Positions 20,906 through 30,854 are shown, counted from the first letter of the whole stretch. The stretch: 62,292 nucleotides of DNA, filler included, from 6 parts of 6 records of this genome joined end to end with filler, not necessarily neighbours in it, one strand, 5' to 3'. Program-made: numbers and translations. Notes: generated by a model not told the origin, from the sequence alone.

Positions 20906-22222
20906 ATGATGGGAAAAATTCTAGTTTTGGGTGCAGGTTTGGTCAGCAAACCGGGGGTTAACTTTCTTTTGAAACATGGGTATGACGTAACGGTTGCTTC
21001 AAGGACAATTGAAAAAGCAGAACAAATCGTACAAGGGTTTGACAACGGCCAAGCCTTGCATCTGTTGGCGGAAGACAATGAAGCCATGGATACGCTCGTT
21101 CGGAAAAACGATATTGTCATCAGCCTGCTTCCGTGGATACATCACCTATCCGTTGCACGAGCCTGTCTGAAGAATAACAAGCCGATGGCCACGACCTCTT
21201 ATGTCAGCGATGAGATGCGGGCTCTGGATGAGGAGGTCAAGAGCAAAAATTTACTATTTCTCAATGAGATCGGGATCGATCCGGGTGTCGACCATATGTC
21301 GGCGATGAAGATCATAGATGAGGTCCATGCCGAAGGAGGCAAAATCCTTCATTTCTACTCTATTTGCGGCGGTTTGCCGGCTCCGGAAGACAATGACAAT
21401 CCTTTTGGGTACAAATTTTCCTGGAGCCCCAGGGGGGTCGTACTGGCCTCAAGAAATCCAGCTCGGTTTCTGGAAAAGGGTGACATTATCAATATCTCGG
21501 GGAAAGACCTGTTTTTAAACAAGAGGATCGAGACTGTTGATGACATAGGGGACTTTGAAGTGTATCCGAATCGGGATAGTTTGCCGTATCAGAAAATCTA
21601 CGGTCTCGATGAGGCACAGACCGTCATGCGGTGCACATACCGCAATATAGGATGGTGCGATACGTTGAAAAAGATCGTGGATCTCGGGCTCGTGGATGAT
21701 GCGCCCGTCACGTACCCAAAGGGGACATCGTTTAGGGCAATGATGGCAGATTTGATCGATGTGAACAGCAAAGAAGATGTTCCAGCCATGGTTGCGAAGA
21801 AACTCAATTTGGAAAAAGACCACTTTGTCATCAGTAATTTGGAATGGCTTGGGTTGTTTGGTGAAGAATCAGTCCCGGATTGTCCGAGCAAGCTGGATAT
21901 CCTCAGCGAACAAATGCTTAAAAAGATGCGATATAACGCAGGTGAGCGTGACATGCTGATTCTTCGGCACCGGTTCGTGGTGGAAAACCGTGATGGTTCT
22001 ATCAAGACCATCCTTTCTACCCTGATCGACTACGGGATTCCCAATGGCGATTCGTCCATGGCGCGTACGGTTAGTTTACCCCTCGCCGTTGGTGTAAAAT
22101 TGATGGCAGAGAAAAAAATCGAGCTCACCGGCATTCAGATTCCCATTTTGAAGGAGCTCTACGAGCCGGTTTTGGATGGTATCGATAAGCTTGGGATCCG
22201 GATGGTAGAAAAGGTGATATAG
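20906..22222 (+). CDS. Saccharopine dehydrogenase (Lys9/SDH-like, glutamate-forming type)
   Basis: GAGLV Rossmann fold, NEIGIDPGVDHM, CGGLP, YKFSWSP, YPNRDS and MARTV motifs. Confidence 0.88.
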   Translation: MMGKILVLGAGLVSKPGVNFLLKHGYDVTVASRTIEKAEQIVQGFDNGQALHLLAEDNEAMDTLVRKNDIVISLLPWIHHLSVARACLKNNKPMATTSYVSDEMRALDEEVKSKNLLFLNEIGIDPGVDHMSAMKIIDEVHAEGGKILHFYSICGGLPAPEDNDNPFGYKFSWSPRGVVLASRNPARFLEKGDIINISGKDLFLNKRIETVDDIGDFEVYPNRDSLPYQKIYGLDEAQTVMRCTYRNIGWCDTLKKIVDLGLVDDAPVTYPKGTSFRAMMADLIDVNSKEDVPAMVAKKLNLEKDHFVISNLEWLGLFGEESVPDCPSKLDILSEQMLKKMRYNAGERDMLILRHRFVVENRDGSIKTILSTLIDYGIPNGDSSMARTVSLPLAVGVKLMAEKKIELTGIQIPILKELYEPVLDGIDKLGIRMVEKVI

Positions 22223-22324
22223 TGCTACGCTTTTCTATCGGAGCGAAAAAAAATACCCGAAGAAGATGAACGGATTGCTTCCTCGAAAAACCGGTTTCAA
22301 TTGACCGTCATGGATCTGGTTTTT

Positions 22325-23365
22325 TTAGTCGTGCAAGATGGAAAAGGGTAGGGCCGCCTGTCGTGAAAGCAGCAAATCCATGTAAGTAGATTCTAGTTGG
22401 ATCATGGGTTGGTCATTTTTTCGGAGCCATTCGTTGAGCCAGCCGAAACGGATGGCCAATATTAAATCAGGCAGGCTTTTCCAGCTTTCCTTGGAAAAAG
22501 TGTTTTGCTTTTTTATTTCATTTACAAGATGACCCGCAAAAGGCCCCCATAAGCTTTGCGGGTTTTCCATTCCTAAACACCCCAGCAGGTTGGCCAGGTC
22601 GTATAGTTCCGGTTTGATGCCGCAAAATTCCCAATCGATGACGGCCCTGATGGATCTTTCTCCCCAGATGATATTCAGCGGGTGAACGTCTCCGTGACAG
22701 AATCGGACGGGCAGGCGATCATGAACGGAAAAGAAGCTTTTCTCCAGGTGGTCCATGAATCGACCATACAGGCTTGCAATTTCAGGCTTTTTTTCTTCAA
22801 TTTCGGAATACAGATTGCGGCTGTAAGAGACAATGGAGAACGGCTGCGAAGAGGAATTCAAATCCTGCCCACTGCAGATTTCGTTCAATTTATTGAGAAA
22901 TAACGCCGCCTGTCCACCACGCCATCCGTCCAGCGAATAGTCAGGCCGATTCAACATCACCCCTTTGACAAAGGGACAGAGTTGCCAGAGGCCGTGGTCG
23001 ATCAACGGGATATAATCCCCCTGAATATCCTTTTTATAAGGAGCGATCTGCCTCAAGCCATGGGATGAAAGCTGTTGGAGCGTTTGAGCGATTTGCCGTT
23101 TGCGTTCGTACTTCCGTGACGGAATCTTTTCCAGGACAAACAGTTCGCGGTCGGCCGTTTCGACCACATTTCGCCATACCGTTCGTTCCGGACTTCCGGC
23201 TAAGGGGAGGTCCGGACGCAGGCGCACAAACCTCTTCCCCCACTGTTTGGAGATTGCCGCCAGAAATTTCATTTCGGTTAACTTTGTTTGCAAAAGCTGG
23301 GCAGGATCGCTTTTTTTAAGGATTGTTTTAACAGGTCTCCGGATTGGACCGGCACCTGGTTTCAT
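22325..23365 (-). CDS. APH/type II homoserine kinase-like phosphotransferase
   Basis: CHGDVHPLNI and IDWEF motifs. Confidence 0.8.
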   Translation of the reverse strand: MKPGAGPIRRPVKTILKKSDPAQLLQTKLTEMKFLAAISKQWGKRFVRLRPDLPLAGSPERTVWRNVVETADRELFVLEKIPSRKYERKRQIAQTLQQLSSHGLRQIAPYKKDIQGDYIPLIDHGLWQLCPFVKGVMLNRPDYSLDGWRGGQAALFLNKLNEICSGQDLNSSSQPFSIVSYSRNLYSEIEEKKPEIASLYGRFMDHLEKSFFSVHDRLPVRFCHGDVHPLNIIWGERSIRAVIDWEFCGIKPELYDLANLLGCLGMENPQSLWGPFAGHLVNEIKKQNTFSKESWKSLPDLILAIRFGWLNEWLRKNDQPMIQLESTYMDLLLSRQAALPFSILHD

Positions 23366-23858
23366 TCGTTTTTTCAGCCAGTCGAATACGTCTCCGATCC
23401 TGGGCTTGACGATTTCGCCGCAGATCTTCTTCGGTTTCCAGCTTCAGTGGTGGAACCTGCGTAGGGTGGAATTTTTCGTCGAGAGCAACAAAGGTCAGGT
23501 AGGCGGATGCCGTGTGCCGGATCTGGCCCGTTTTCAAGTCTTCTGTTTCCACGCGCACACCGATTTCCATGGATGTGCTCCCCACCATGTTCAGGCTTGC
23601 TTTCAGGGTAAGCAGGTTTCCAATAAATGCTGGATTGTGAAAATCCAGGCGGTCGATGGAGGCGGTGACCACATTGCTTCTAGTATGCCGCAGCGCAACG
23701 ACACCGGCGGCGTCATCAATGTGTTTCATGACAACACCGCCGTGGACGATGGCTGCGGGATTGGCGTCCTGGGGTTGCATCATATGGGACATGATCACCC
23801 GGCTGTATGCCACTGTTTTGGGTGGCTGAGACGCATCGGTTTTTATTGGTTCGTTCAT
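23328..23858 (-). CDS. Acyl-CoA thioesterase (hotdog fold, YciA-like)
   Basis: DAN...VHGG...D, VVTAS and TSMEIGV motifs. Confidence 0.9.
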   Translation of the reverse strand: MNEPIKTDASQPPKTVAYSRVIMSHMMQPQDANPAAIVHGGVVMKHIDDAAGVVALRHTRSNVVTASIDRLDFHNPAFIGNLLTLKASLNMVGSTSMEIGVRVETEDLKTGQIRHTASAYLTFVALDEKFHPTQVPPLKLETEEDLRRNRQAQDRRRIRLAEKTNETRCRSNPETC

Positions 23859-25114
23859 TCCTTTTTCCAGTAAGGGTTGATGATATCTTCAAAAATCGCC
23901 AGCGCTGCTTCGGATCCATAACCCGCAGCTGTTACGATTTGCTTAGATCCGCCGGTCACATCCCCGGCCACATAAATTCCAGGAATATTGGTTCTGAACT
24001 CTTTGTGTTTGATATATCCCTCGTCCGTCAATTCCAGGCCCACCTTTTGCGCCAAGTCCACGGCAGGGTCGTAGCCAATGGCTAAAAAGACACCGTCTGC
24101 CGGCTGGGGGGCCGATTGATTGGTTGCATTGTTGTACAAGAGAACCTCGGTGACCCTGTTTTCTCCCCGAATCTCTTTCACCTCGGTGTTGAACAGGATG
24201 GGAACCCGGTTGTCGATGAGCTGTTGGACCAGTACTTCCTGGGCTTTCAGACGATCCCTTCGGTGCACCAGGGTCACATTCACGCCCATATTTTTCAAGT
24301 GTAGGGCTTCGGTTGCAGCGCTGTTACCCCCACCTACCATGAAAACTTTTTTTCCTTTGTAAAGCGGGCCGTCACAGGTTGCGCAATAACTGACACCCCG
24401 ACCTGAGAACCGTTCTTCTCCGGGAACCCCCAAATTCCTGTGGGAGGCTCCTGTCGAAAGGAGAATGGCATCGGCTTTAAATTTCCTTCTCGAAGTCTGG
24501 ACGATATGGGGTTCGCCGGGGACAATATCCACCACATCCTCCCCTGGAAAAATCTGAACGTATTCCAAGGCATGGGTCACCATGATGTCTACCAGGGTCT
24601 TGCCGCCGACCTCTTTCATTCCCGGATAGTTTTCCACTATGGGCGTGAGCGCTACCTGCCCGCCAAGCACACCCTTTTCCACGACCACTGATTTCAAACC
24701 GCTTCGGGCTGCATAGATCCCTGCGGTGAGACCGGCAGGGCCTCCACCCACAATGACCAGCTGGCACTTCACTTCCGCTTCGTCGCTTTCGGGAATGAAA
24801 ATGGTCTGCTGTTCCATTTTTTCGATGGAAGACATGAACAGCTCTTCTGTTTGTGCTCCCAAAGCGGTAAGAATGTCGTTGGCAAAAGTCTGGGGGACCG
24901 AATGGGCACCGTATTGATCGGCAAGGTCGGCGTTCGCCTGGATATCGATAATTTCAAGGGAAATCAGTTCAGGGCTGGCGATCGCCGCCTTCAGTCCGTT
25001 GAGCGCCTGCTGGGGGCAATAGGGGCAGGAGGCGCTGACGAATACCTTTATATTCCGGGGTTGTTCTATTTTTTTCAAAACCCCCATGGCCGCTTCGTTC
25101 AGATCGCTTTTTCC
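23855..25114 (-). CDS. Thioredoxin-domain/thioredoxin reductase fusion (AhpF/PDO-like, 5' partial)
   Basis: CPYC thioredoxin domain followed by GGGPAG, CATCDG and GGGNSA; frame open to the contig edge. Confidence 0.88.
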   Translation of the reverse strand, partial: GKSDLNEAAMGVLKKIEQPRNIKVFVSASCPYCPQQALNGLKAAIASPELISLEIIDIQANADLADQYGAHSVPQTFANDILTALGAQTEELFMSSIEKMEQQTIFIPESDEAEVKCQLVIVGGGPAGLTAGIYAARSGLKSVVVEKGVLGGQVALTPIVENYPGMKEVGGKTLVDIMVTHALEYVQIFPGEDVVDIVPGEPHIVQTSRRKFKADAILLSTGASHRNLGVPGEERFSGRGVSYCATCDGPLYKGKKVFMVGGGNSAATEALHLKNMGVNVTLVHRRDRLKAQEVLVQQLIDNRVPILFNTEVKEIRGENRVTEVLLYNNATNQSAPQPADGVFLAIGYDPAVDLAQKVGLELTDEGYIKHKEFRTNIPGIYVAGDVTGGSKQIVTAAGYGSEAALAIFEDIINPYWKKE

Positions 25115-25214
25115 NNNNNNNNNNNNNNNNNNNNNNNNNNNNNNNNNNNNNNNNNNNNTTAATTAATTAANNNNNNNNNNNNNNNNNNNNNNNNNNNNNN
25201 NNNNNNNNNNNNNN
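25115..25214. other. Artificial contig spacer
   Basis: N44-TTAATTAATTAA-N44. Confidence 0.99.
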
Positions 25215-25299
25215 GGTGCCGAAGGCCGGACTCGAACCGGCACGTCCAAAGGACACTTGATTTTGAGTCAAGCACGTCTACCGATTTCATCACTTCGGC
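25215..25299 (-). tRNA. tRNA-Leu(CAA)
   Basis: Reverse complement gives acceptor GCCGAAG/CTTCGGC, anticodon arm CTTGA-CTCAAAA-TCAAG, a long variable arm, GGTTCGAGTCC T-loop and an ACC end cut by the contig edge. Confidence 0.95.
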
Positions 25300-25443
25300 A
25301 CAAATAGCTTAAATATAATACCACATATAGATAACGAAATCAAGATAATTATTATGCAAATTCGATTTCTTTTTGGAGGTTTTTACAGCAAGAAGGACAG
25401 CTGATAGCTGTCCTCATATCCTTATTATGTATTTTACTTACAG

Positions 25444-26265
25444 TTATTCTGCAGCGTCTATTTCAAATTCTTCATCAAGAGAATCTTCATTATCTTCTGG
25501 CTTCTTCAAAACAAAGAAATACAATCCTAATCCAACTGCAACTAATGCAAGCATGCCTAGTAGTACTACCAAAGGAAGAACTGATGACTTACTATAGAGA
25601 ACTATTATATCGTCTTCAGCTTCAATACTCCTGCCTTCAATCTCAGTTTCATCATTATATGAAATAATCATTTTAATCGTTCCTGGAATTGTAACAACAT
25701 AGTCATCGCCGCCTGCAATGTATACTCCCTTTAACCTGCCTAGCTTTGCTTTATCGAAATATTTTTCGAATTCCTTATCACTTAGCTCTTCACCTTTTCT
25801 ATCAAAAGCATAAATCTTTTCATCATCTATGTCATCTGACATTTCCTTATCATAAACGTCTTCAAAATCTTCGTCATAACTTATATTAGTGATTTCATCC
25901 ATTAATTCTTCAGCATTACCAATAGCAAATCCTGATTCTACAGCATCGTCAATATCATCAGCAAGTATATATTTAACTACAATTGTAAAATCATCATTCT
26001 TCTGCTTTAATGATTTTACGATAAAACTGCCATCAATTTCATCAATTTCATCTAATAAATCGTCAAGAATATCCTCAACATCATCTATAGTATCAATGTC
26101 TCCAGCATCAAAATCATAGTTCTCACCAAATTCATCAATGTCATCTTCGTCACATTCAAGAGTGATAAGCATTGAATCGTCTCTTTGTACTTTGTATGAA
26201 ATATCACACCCAACAAAAGTCAAAGCCATCAACGCAACAGCAAATAATATTAAAATCTTTTTCAT
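25444..26265 (-). CDS. Very acidic lipoprotein with a C-terminal TM anchor
   Basis: FVGC lipobox, D/E-rich body, C-terminal hydrophobic helix, GAGG RBS. Confidence 0.7.
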   Translation of the reverse strand: MKKILILFAVALMALTFVGCDISYKVQRDDSMLITLECDEDDIDEFGENYDFDAGDIDTIDDVEDILDDLLDEIDEIDGSFIVKSLKQKNDDFTIVVKYILADDIDDAVESGFAIGNAEELMDEITNISYDEDFEDVYDKEMSDDIDDEKIYAFDRKGEELSDKEFEKYFDKAKLGRLKGVYIAGGDDYVVTIPGTIKMIISYNDETEIEGRSIEAEDDIIVLYSKSSVLPLVVLLGMLALVAVGLGLYFFVLKKPEDNEDSLDEEFEIDAAE

Positions 26266-26419
26266 TATTTTACCTCATTATGATAGTATTATATATTTAT
26301 CATACTATAATATGCTATTTATTGCAATTGTATTTATTGGATATTGTCCCTTTACTACACAATTTGTCTTAAACATGTTAAAATGATACAATAAAATAAT
26401 TTGGAAGGCGATAAAAAAT

Positions 26420-27004
26420 ATGAGCAAAACGTGCAGCATTTGCAATAGTCACATTAACTTTATATCCGAATATAAACTTAAAGAAAATTCAAATCTAAAG
26501 ATTTGTTTTGAGTGTTATGAACTTCTAGTTACTGCTCTTAGAGGGGAGATAACTGCTGTAGAAACCATAAAACAAAGATACAAAGATAATATTTCTGATG
26601 AAATTACTGAATATATCAGCTCAATAGAAGCTAAAATAAATGATAAAAATCCTAATACAGTTACTACAGAAAAAAATGATGACTTTATGGATTTGATGAG
26701 TAATAATATTAAGCCTGAAGAGGACTATCATAAACAGGAAAACCACAGTGTGAATATTCATACTGATATAACTTTACAGGAAAAAGCAACAAGTCTGCAA
26801 AGAGTGAAGATTATTTCGAAAATCTGCTATACAGGTCTCTTGCTAATAGTCCCAATACTTAGTCTATACCTGCTGATAGTTGTAAAATCTCCTCTAAATG
26901 CATCATTAACTTTGTTTTTCGGAAGCTTTATTACAATACTATTCTATCTTGTATACAAACTTACTGATTCACTGTTCGATGAAAAAAACAATAATACTTT
27001 CTAG
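26420..27004 (+). CDS. Hypothetical protein: N-terminal Zn-ribbon plus two TM helices
   Basis: CSIC...CFEC and two C-terminal hydrophobic segments. Confidence 0.6.
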   Translation: MSKTCSICNSHINFISEYKLKENSNLKICFECYELLVTALRGEITAVETIKQRYKDNISDEITEYISSIEAKINDKNPNTVTTEKNDDFMDLMSNNIKPEEDYHKQENHSVNIHTDITLQEKATSLQRVKIISKICYTGLLLIVPILSLYLLIVVKSPLNASLTLFFGSFITILFYLVYKLTDSLFDEKNNNTF

Positions 27005-27027
27005 CATTAAATCATTATTCTTCACTA

Positions 27028-27831
27028 TTAATTTGTAGCATCATACGCCTTTTGCACCATAGCCTGATGCTGTGAACAAACAGCATTATTGTTATGGGTT
27101 TTTGAATTCAAAAAGTGAATACAAATCTGTCCATCCATATCGTTACCTGAAATAGTCTCATATCCATGAGGGTATCCATTGGTTGAAGCGGCAATATATT
27201 CTCCGTCAATCCGAATAACAATAGCTCGTCTATCCCAGCTCCATACTCCGCCGTAGGTTGTCTTAAGCTTGTCACAGTCAAGTGCTGTCGCAGGCTCGAC
27301 ATCAGCATGATTAGAACCACCAACTCTTATTACATTGTATGATATTCCTGTTTCAACGTCATAGACCTTTGCTGTTTCACCTCTGTCAAACCTAGGTAAG
27401 ACATATGAAAACCAGTCTCTCAAGTTTGCTTGCGGAATGTTAGATGACCCTACATACTTTGGAGCAGGAGTAGGTTTTACGGTTTCTGTAATCGGCTTTC
27501 TTTCAGCAGTATTAGAATACACGATACCATATGTATCCTCTCCCAGCACACCATCAGTGTCCAGACCATTAACCTTTTGAAATTCCTTCAGTGCGCTTTC
27601 TGTAAATGAGCCAAAATAATTAGTTATTTTGTAATTATAATATCCCAAATCCTTGAGCCTTAACTGAAGCATTATGACGTCGTCACCTTCACTTCCGTTT
27701 TTTAGAAGAATTTCACTAGAACTATCAACTGCATAAGCATTCGATGGATATATAAATGAACTTACTAATATTACTAAAGCTATTATTAGAGGCATTAGCC
27801 TAACTTGCATATTTTTATTTTTCCCAATCAT
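27028..27831 (-). CDS. Secreted peptidoglycan-binding domain protein
   Basis: Signal peptide; PG_binding_1 pattern LK.GS.G.DV..LQ.RL..LGY...FG..TE.A.K.FQ..NGL..DG. Confidence 0.8.
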   Translation of the reverse strand: MIGKNKNMQVRLMPLIIALVILVSSFIYPSNAYAVDSSSEILLKNGSEGDDVIMLQLRLKDLGYYNYKITNYFGSFTESALKEFQKVNGLDTDGVLGEDTYGIVYSNTAERKPITETVKPTPAPKYVGSSNIPQANLRDWFSYVLPRFDRGETAKVYDVETGISYNVIRVGGSNHADVEPATALDCDKLKTTYGGVWSWDRRAIVIRIDGEYIAASTNGYPHGYETISGNDMDGQICIHFLNSKTHNNNAVCSQHQAMVQKAYDATN

Positions 27832-27870
27832 GTCTATCCTAAAATATAATTATTATAATGTTTAACTAGA

Positions 27871-27921
27871 ATGATATCATATGCATATGCGTTTGTAAAG
27901 CATACGTAACACTTTTGTAAC
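27871..27921 (-). promoter_or_regulatory. SigA promoter with three tandem 11-bp-spaced regulator boxes
   Basis: Minus strand TTTACA-17 nt-TATCAT with extended -10 TG. Plus strand TGTAAA-N5-CGTAAC-N5-TGTAAC. Confidence 0.55.
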
Positions 27922-28056
27922 TTGTATTAATTGCTATTTTTTGTTTACAATTTGATAACATATCAGCCAATGTTTTCTGCTATGATATATAATACAGTGT
28001 AGAACAGCAGTATAGTAGACTATATAACAAAGCTTAATTAAACGAGAATTGAAGTA

Positions 28057-28257
28057 ATGCAAATTAAATTATTTGAAAAAATACATAAATCATATAGGTC
28101 GTTTAGAAACAAAATATCTATAAAATACAATGATAGTATAGAATATGAATACATTTTGTGCGAAAATTGCGGAAATTGCATTCGTCTTCCCAAATACAAG
28201 AGATGTATTATCGCAACATGCCCTAAATGCAGCTCAACATTTAAAATCAACACATAA
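28057..28257 (+). CDS. Small Zn-ribbon protein
   Basis: CENC...IRLP......ATCPKC...F pattern. Confidence 0.5.
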   Translation: MQIKLFEKIHKSYRSFRNKISIKYNDSIEYEYILCENCGNCIRLPKYKRCIIATCPKCSSTFKINT

Positions 28258-28343
28258 TTTAAAAGTACACATTAATATGTAACCATTCATCTTTATTCTG
28301 AGTATTATATAAGTAAGAACAAATACTTATATAGGAGGTTGTT

Positions 28344-28622
28344 ATGTCTGGATTACTGAGTGCATTTGGATTAGGATGCAATAATGACTGTGATGACAAT
28401 TTTATCTGGATATTGATTTTAATATTATTATTCTGCAACAATGGTCTTGGATGCGGATGTGGTAATAATGATAACTGCGGAATATTTGGCGGCGATTTTA
28501 TTTGGATAATTGTTATTATTCTTCTGCTATGTAGTTGTAATGACAATTGCATATGTGGCTGTGACAATGAATGCTGTGAATGCAATACATGCACATGTGA
28601 ATGCGACGAAAATACTATTTAG
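28344..28622 (+). CDS. Small Cys/Asn-rich protein with two hydrophobic repeats
   Basis: Strong AGGAGG RBS, duplicated FIWI.I.ILL.C motif, Cys-rich tail, downstream terminator. Confidence 0.75.
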   Translation: MSGLLSAFGLGCNNDCDDNFIWILILILLFCNNGLGCGCGNNDNCGIFGGDFIWIIVIILLLCSCNDNCICGCDNECCECNTCTCECDENTI

Positions 28623-28652
28623 TGCTAAACTACTACTTATACATAAGAAGAC

Positions 28653-28684
28653 AAAAAAGCAGGAGTGAACCTGCTTTTATTTTT
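28653..28684. terminator. Bidirectional terminator
   Basis: AAAAGCAGG/CCTGCTTTT between convergent genes. Confidence 0.7.
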
Positions 28685-28698
28685 AATTTTATTGTTAT

Positions 28699-30171
28699 TT
28701 ATCCGCAGTACCTAGTAACAAGAAGATAATAGAATCTGACACCATTTGCCAATACATCAATTGGCATTTTTTCATTTGTTCCATGTATGCCGCCCAGTGA
28801 TTCCTTTGTCATTACAAAAGGTCCAACACGATATATATTATCAGCTACAATTTCGTAGAAGCATGAATCCGTACCCCCAACCATCAGATATGGTGCTACA
28901 GGAATGTCATCATATATGGTTTTAATACAATCAACAACTAATTGGAATTCATCATTATCAGTTGGTGAGATAGCGGAAGGCTCTTTACCTCGAAGTATCT
29001 CTATATCAAATTTCATTCCGTTAGCATTCTTCTTAATATGTTCGATTACATCATTAATACATTCTCCCTGCAATATTCTAGAATTAATATTAACGTTAGC
29101 ACGCTGTGGTAATATATTACCAGCAGGTGAACCTTCTGCCATAGTTGGTGTTAAAGTAGTGCGTATCAGTGCATTTGTTGTTGATGAATTCTGCAAAAAG
29201 AACATTACTAATGGTTTTGTAATCCATAAATTGCTTAGCATAAACTTCATAACTGGACTCATATGTGCACCTGTTGATTTAAATAACTCTCTGACAGGCT
29301 TTATCATCCTCTTTTTTCTAGGATTTTTATCAAGTTCAATTAGTAATTTTGATAAATCTACCAGACCATTGTCCTTTGGCGGCTGAGATGAATGTCCTCC
29401 CTGTTTATTCGATGTAATCTTTACATCCAGATAGCCTTTTTCACCAGTACCAATAACTGCTAAATTACCCTTAGGAATATTGAACATCGTACCCGGCACA
29501 ATAGCACCACCTTCATCGATTACCATTCCCAGTTCTATTCCTCTGTCCTTCATCACATTTGCAATAGCCTCTGCACCGCCATTGCCGCCTGCTCCGACTA
29601 TCTCCTCATTGTGACCAAAGCATAGATAGATATCGCACTGAGGCTCAAAGCCCTCTCCTATCAGCTTTTCAACAGCTTCACACAGAGCAATCAGATATCC
29701 TTTCATATCCAGAGTTCCTCTGCCCCATATATATGTATCATCAATATAGCCGCTGAATGCAGGATTATCCCAATCATCTTCAGTTCCGGGCATAACAGGT
29801 ACTACATCCATATGTGAAAGTAGTGCTATAGGTTTCTTGCCCTTATCCGCACCTTCCCATTTGTACATCAGTGAATAGTCAGCAATTACTTCCTTTTTCA
29901 TTGTGCTATGTATATTAGGGAATGTAACCTCTAAATATGATTGAAATCTTCTGAATTCATTCCAATCAACTAAATCATCATCTGGATTTGATATTGTCTT
30001 AATTTTAATAGCATCGCTTAAGTGTTCAGCAACCTTACTACTGTCTATATCCAGTTGAAATTTTTCAAACTCTCGATTTGTCTTTTTTCCAAATCTCAAG
30101 AAATTTATCACCATTATTGTTAGAATAATAAGTATTATTCCAAGCAAAGCATATAAGATAAATGGTAACAT
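28699..30171 (-). CDS. Membrane-anchored M20 peptidase (carboxypeptidase S/PM20D1-like)
   Basis: N-terminal TM helix; HMDVVP, GRGTLDMK, HNEE, DEGG and IHGTNE motifs. Confidence 0.87.
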   Translation of the reverse strand: MLPFILYALLGIILIILTIMVINFLRFGKKTNREFEKFQLDIDSSKVAEHLSDAIKIKTISNPDDDLVDWNEFRRFQSYLEVTFPNIHSTMKKEVIADYSLMYKWEGADKGKKPIALLSHMDVVPVMPGTEDDWDNPAFSGYIDDTYIWGRGTLDMKGYLIALCEAVEKLIGEGFEPQCDIYLCFGHNEEIVGAGGNGGAEAIANVMKDRGIELGMVIDEGGAIVPGTMFNIPKGNLAVIGTGEKGYLDVKITSNKQGGHSSQPPKDNGLVDLSKLLIELDKNPRKKRMIKPVRELFKSTGAHMSPVMKFMLSNLWITKPLVMFFLQNSSTTNALIRTTLTPTMAEGSPAGNILPQRANVNINSRILQGECINDVIEHIKKNANGMKFDIEILRGKEPSAISPTDNDEFQLVVDCIKTIYDDIPVAPYLMVGGTDSCFYEIVADNIYRVGPFVMTKESLGGIHGTNEKMPIDVLANGVRFYYLLVTRYCG

Positions 30172-30185
30172 ATATTGTTCCTCCT

Positions 30186-30854
30186 TTATTCGCTTTTCAA
30201 GCTCTTTTTATATAAATATCTTGCACATACAATGGCAATTATCGATGCTACCGGTATCATGATACCGAGATACTTCGTATCCATAAACATAAATATAATA
30301 AACATTATAATACACGGTACAACTGCTATCTTCCAGTGCTTTCGTATCCATATTACACCTAGTGCACCAAAAAGTGCTGGTAATACATTAGAAAATGCAG
30401 GATCTGCCGCTGGTGCTTCCAGAATTGGCTTCAGAAATGATGCTCCTACAACTCCAATAACAATTATTATATCAGTTACTATTGCACTTGTAGCAACAGA
30501 TATTGTAGCTATAATGTCCGCTTCTTTTGTTCCCGGTGATATTTCAGCTACCTCCAATGCATTAAGTGCACATGGTACTTTTATATTTGTTAAATTACCA
30601 GTTACAAACAATAGGTATGAACTGCCTGAACCTAACATAGGTACATAAGTAACAAACTCTATAATTCCAACTGGAAGATATAAAGAAACTACGCCAATCA
30701 GTCCAACAAAGAATGTTTCCCAAGGAGGTAGCACATTATAGTACAAAAAAATTGCAATAGGTACACCAAGAATCAGAATCATAGCAATTGCAGAAAATGT
30801 TCTTCCCCATAGATGAATGCTTTGCTCATATGAGCCGTTTATTTTTTTATTCAT
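30186..30854 (-). CDS. Integral membrane protein (partner of the DUF5058-like protein)
   Basis: Multiple TM segments, YL.FVTGNLTNIKVPC motif, TGATG overlap with the upstream gene. Confidence 0.75.
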   Translation of the reverse strand: MNKKINGSYEQSIHLWGRTFSAIAMILILGVPIAIFLYYNVLPPWETFFVGLIGVVSLYLPVGIIEFVTYVPMLGSGSSYLLFVTGNLTNIKVPCALNALEVAEISPGTKEADIIATISVATSAIVTDIIIVIGVVGASFLKPILEAPAADPAFSNVLPALFGALGVIWIRKHWKIAVVPCIIMFIIFMFMDTKYLGIMIPVASIIAIVCARYLYKKSLKSE

